Below are positions 1 to 64,000 of a stretch of 64,000 bases of DNA, one piece after another. Position 1 is the stretch's first letter; each line of letters begins with the position of its first letter. The notes under the pieces are model-generated. The model ran no database searches, was not told the origin of the DNA, and saw only the letters and a list, made by a program, of their open reading frames with translations. A program made the translations under genes and the position numbers. The DNA comes from the human T2T-CHM13v2.0 reference genome, Homo sapiens, in the NCBI RefSeq assembly GCF_009914755.1, contig NC_060926.1; one strand, given 5' to 3'.

Positions 1-79
1 AACTCCTGACCTCAAGTGATCTGCCCGCCTCAGCCTCCCAAAGTGCTGGGATTACAGGCATGAGCCACCGCGCCTGGCC
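1..79 (-). mobile_element. Alu, 5' part (cut by window edge)
   Basis: CCTCCCAAAGTGCTGGGATTACAGGCATGAGCCACCGCGCCTGGCC. Confidence 0.9.
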
Positions 80-562
80 TATAGCCCATAATTAATGCCT
101 AATATCCTATACCCTAAAATACTATGTTTCCAGAGATAATTCACCTAAGCCAAAACACTGTGAATAGTTTTTTGAGTGCTTTGAGAGTTGCCCATTTGGA
201 GAGTCTACCCCTGGGAGAAGCAGCAGCTGCATTTACCTGCTATTTCAAAAGAATAGAATGTGTCTGTGTGTGTGTGTGTTCAATTAGTGACATTAGTGAT
301 AGTGTGAGAGGATTCAAAGTATCCTGTTCACATATTTTGTAAGAACTTTGATAGTAGTCAACTTCTTAGACATCTTTAAAAAAATTTTCTGATTTTCTTG
401 GAATATACTTCCAAAGCTTTTACTTTGGTTTTACTGTTTAAGCATACTAGTAATGAAATTAAAAGGTTATAATTGTATAGAGCATATTATAATGCGGTAC
501 TTCTAAATTTGTAATAAAAATTATATCATAAGTTTATAAACAAATATGTATCTCTTCACCTA

Positions 563-1439
<877 letters not shown>

Positions 1440-2012
1440 CACCTCTCTATTTTAGATCCTTTACCAAGCAATCCTTCAATAATTTTCTTAACCTTCTGTA
1501 ATTTCTAAATCATTGAATAACACCCCTTCAAATTCATACCTATTTTTGCTTCCCCAAATGTAACTTTGTTCCAATGTGACACCATCAAAGTATATGAGCA
1601 GAAACCTCATTATAGAATGCCTTATTATTCTGATTAAGTTATATATAATTATGAAAATGACATCTCATATTTCTAACTTGCTCCTTGTAACTGTCCTGTG
1701 AAGTATGAAGCAAAGGTAAAAGGCTTGCCCATATTAACAGAAATAGCAAGTGGCAGAGGTATTCCAGCTCTTATTTTAACTTTCTTTCTGCAATATTTTA
1801 CCCCTCTGGCCAAATGATAGTATATCTGTGTATGATTTACCTCAGAAAATTGTGTGGCTGTACACTAATGCAGTACACAATTAATTTTATGATGTTAAAT
1901 TAAAAAGAAATGCCATTCATCAGACTATTCCCCCAAAGGACTACTGAAGTTTTAAAAAATCTTTAGAAAGGATTCTAAATCAATACGATGTTTAAAGAGT
2001 TTAAGCACTCAC

Positions 2013-57226
<55,214 letters not shown>

Positions 57227-59047
57227 CTAAAATAAATGAATAAAATAGTTATTCATACTTTATAGGGTATGGTCCTTAAAATGTTATATATAACTAAAAC
57301 TTTATGAGGTTTGCTATATTTTGAAAAGTATAGTAAGAGTTTTGTTTTGCATTTAAATTGTCCAACATACTTACCTAATAAACAACAATTTAGAAATAAT
57401 TATTTTAAAAAGCAAGGCACTGAAAATCCATACTATTTTTATGCTGGAAAGTTCTAAAGTGGGAAACCATTACACAACCCATCTGAGGTTAGCACAATAT
57501 TATTATGCTAACTTTACACACAGAGAAGTAAAGAATCAAGAACTTGTTTCAGTGAGGATAAGTTACTTGCCAAAAAACACAGTGAGTCAGTGGCAGAATT
57601 CGGAATACAGCCAAAATGCTCAGTCAGTCCCTGACTATTACCAAACAACACAGCCTTTCTTCTTGGAAAAAAAATTTAAGCAATTTTTACTTCAAGCTTA
57701 CAATTCATTCTCACATCTTCATCCTATCAAGCTTAATAAAAGAAACCCACTTTTGTGGCCCAGTTCAACATTTATAACATAATCTAATAAATATTTGATT
57801 TGTTTCTAACAGAGCAAAGTTACCAGAGGCAAACTTAAAAAATATATACATGAGTACACACGTAACCAAATGGAATAAAGGGGGTAATTCTTTATTGTGT
57901 AACTTTTAAAAAGCTTTATATAAATTAAAAATATTAAAATGCAAAACAATCTTTTCCTTCCAGTCAGCATTAACAATTTAACATGCATTTTAATCTCCAC
58001 CTTCACCTACATCTCTAATGCTGCAAACCAACTGCTAGTATCACTGTATTCTTACAGCTAACAAATGCAAAGTGCCTACAAAATAGACAGCACTGCCTTG
58101 TCTAACTTAGATGCATCTCCTGGGCCAATTACTGAACTACTAGTGAGGACAATATAGTCACAAAATTACAAACTAGCTCTTTGATCATGAAACTTATAAG
58201 GCTCTGATTTATGCTTTACGTGTTTATTTTATCAAACTGTAATGCTATATTTTCTACTACTATACAATTTAAATACACTTCCATCAATGCAGAAAGTTCT
58301 ATACCTTGTAAACACAGAATTATTAGGATAATAAAATGGTTAAAACTAAATTACCAGAAATGTATAATTCCTAGCTGTGATTAGGAAGTCAGAGTTTTGG
58401 GTGGATGGAATAAAACTTAGTGGGTTTAAACTCAAGAATTTTTTTCTAGCAAATAATACTTGACAGGCCTTGTAAGAACAATTAAGAATTACGTTCTAAT
58501 CATAAATTCATAGCATATATAACATAATTAACTTTTCAGGTATAGTAACATCAATTTTAAAATTTAACACTACCAAAATTGTTGACCTACACAGTTTCTG
58601 AACCTATCAGAACACAAAACAGCATAATTATTATCAAAGGTAATGACTATGACTCACCAAAGAGTTCCTTAATTCAACTGCCGTATCTTTCTCTGCCTTC
58701 AGTTTAGACTAAATAGATATACTTCCCTTTTCTAAGCCAGAGCCACTTGTTTTTTACTTGTACTATCTTTAGGAGCTCGTCCTTTAGCACAATCTCAACA
58801 CAAATCAATGAAAATTTTCCCTTTACTCTTGTAACACACACGATTTCTACTAAATCTCACACCTTAATTTAACTCTTAGAAGCTAAGCATTCTCAAAATG
58901 TTTTATAAACAGGTTGGGCTTCCCTAAGGATACAGAATAAATTTCATAGGCTTTTGAAGGCTAAAAAAGAGAAAGACTGTCAAGATGGAAAAAAGAATAA
59001 AATATTCAAACTTTGAAGCTGAATAATCAGATCAAATTTCTATATGA

Positions 59048-59205
59048 GAGCTGCCCAATACGGTGAACATTAGCTATATGCAGCTACTGAGTACCTGAAA
59101 TGTAGCTAGTGCAACTGGGAAACTGAAATTTTAATTTAATTGTAATTAATTTTAATTTAAATAGCCACATGCGGCTAGTGGCTACTGTATTGAATAGGCC
59201 AGCTC
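59048..59205 (+). mobile_element. MER3 fragment
   Basis: GAAACTGAAATTTTAATTTAATT...AAATAGCCACATGCGGCTAGTGGCTACTGTATTG. Confidence 0.8.
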
Positions 59206-59408
59206 CAGAGCATGAGAAAGTCTGGTGTTAAAAACAGATATATAGCTTAATACCAGCTGTGAAGACTAAATAATATCAGCAAATTGTTTTTTCCAATTAA
59301 AATTAAGCTCTCTTATCTTTATGTAAAGTTCTTAAACTATCATGGGCACTAAAATTAATTTTTTAACTCTATTGTATTATAGTAACTGATTACTAAGCCA
59401 GTAGATTA

Positions 59409-59773
<365 letters not shown>

Positions 59774-60104
59774 GATATGATGTGGAAACTTGGACATAGG
59801 AAAAAAGCAAAAAAAGTGATTAGGGTGGGAGGTGGGTGGGAGAGATATGCATAAACCCTAAAGTTGTACATCTTCTACCAGAGATCTTAAGCCCTTAATA
59901 CTTTATTCCTCAAATTCCTCATATTTTCAATACCTGCTCTATGATCTTAAAGAAAGAAGACAGGTTTATATGGAAAAGCTATACTAAAATAGAGGAAATG
60001 GCACCCAAAACAAGCTATTGAACAAGAAAATAATAAGACAAGGAACACATTATAGTGTTTTAAATAAGAAAACCGATAATATAGGTCTAAACAAATCATA
60101 GTTC

Positions 60105-60620
60105 TACCAAAGAGCAATAAGCAGGGATTCAAACAGACATTTGTACACTCATGTTCATAGCAACATTGTTTACAAGGGCCAAAAAATGGAGGCAACTCAA
60201 GTGTTCATCAATGATGAATGGATGAACAAAATTTGGCATATATAAATAATGGAATATTATTCAGCCTTAATAAGGAAGGAAACTGACACATGCTATAGCA
60301 TGAAAAAACCTTAAAGACATTACGCTAAGTGAAATAAGCCCATCAAAAGGACAAATACTGTATGATTCCATTTATATGAGGTACCTAGAACAATCGAATT
60401 CATAGAGACATAAAGTAAAATGGTGGTTACCGAGGTCTGGTAACAAAGGGAGTCATCATTTAATGGGTACAGAGTTTTAGCTTCAGAAGATGAGAAAAAT
60501 TCTTCAGATGGATGGTGGTAATGGTTACACAACAATGTGAATGTACAGCAATCAGAATACCACTGAACTATATACTTAAAAAATTGTTAAAATGGTAAAT
60601 TTCCTATTATGTATTTGAAA
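60105..60620 (+). mobile_element. L1MB-like 3' end
   Basis: CAGGGATTCAAACAGACATTTGTACACTCATGTTCATAGCA...CCACTGAACTATATACTTAAAAA. Confidence 0.85.
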
Positions 60621-60723
60621 ACAATACTTGTATCAACAAAAGTCTCCCTCTTTGAGCTATATTTGTATTTTTAAATATTCTCAGAAAAACAAATGCCTTG
60701 CTAGAAATTGTTTTATTTCCTTG

Positions 60724-62946
<2,223 letters not shown>

Positions 62947-63561
62947 TAGGGTGTTTTCTCAACATCTTTGCTCTCATTTCAAATATTACCTTGTCAGAGG
63001 GCTTTCCTAATACTACCAGTAAACTTAAGAAAATACTTCTTCAATGCACCAATGTATATTACATTACGGTAATTATCACCTCAAACTCGTACTGTTTACT
63101 CTTGTCTTCTCTAAAATTCAAACTCCTTGAGCTTTACGTCTTTTTTCTAAAATCCTTGTCCCTGTCCTTTACTATAGCACCCATAAACATTAAAAGAAAA
63201 AAATTAGGTCACTAACATTTTTGAAATGCAGAATGATAACATTTTTCAAAATTGGATCCTTCCTCTTTTCTTGGTAGATACATCATTCTGGCACCACAAT
63301 AGATGCAAGTCTTAAGGGCTCTCAAGTAAAAGCATAATTCTGCTATGACTACATGGACATAAAATATATATAAAGATGGGTCTTTAAGTTTCTTGACAAG
63401 CTGATATCATATCAAAAACCAAGGTCTGACACCCTTTCCATCTCCTCATTTCTAAAAAACCTTGAATGATGTTAACATAGGTTAGAATGATGGTCTCCTT
63501 GAGCCTTTGCTTTGTTTTCTACAGTTGATAAAACCTATTCTCTCTTCATATGAAAAAAATT

Positions 63562-64000
<439 letters not shown>

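Overview
Human (or closely related primate) genomic DNA, AT-rich and dense in Alu, L1, MIR/L2 and DNA-transposon fossils. The whole window lies inside CCDC88A (Girdin/GIV), transcribed on the minus strand. I could place 20 consecutive GT-AG coding exons (57226 down to 2013; 3985 nt in total). They splice into one open frame running from the end of the Hook domain (CQKKEEFIERIQ...) through the long coiled coil to the basic region with the Akt site (RERQKS). Exon numbers 6-25 and residue numbers are inferred from my recollection of the 1871-aa protein. There is no evidence of a prokaryote-type system, RNA genes or a second gene. The most notable observations fall in two groups. (i) A possible hidden splicing layer: a TAG|CAG|GTAAAT microexon/ratchet-like site, an AG|GTAAGT ratchet-like site, several candidate poison or cassette exons, a 5' splice site regenerated at the exon 6/7 junction, and a NAGNAG acceptor. 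(ii) A ~135-bp intronic segment duplicated 5.6 kb away at the 5' junction of a tail-less L1 fragment, suggesting templated capture during a non-classical insertion. All splicing candidates come from motif reading only and need RNA-seq or conservation support.
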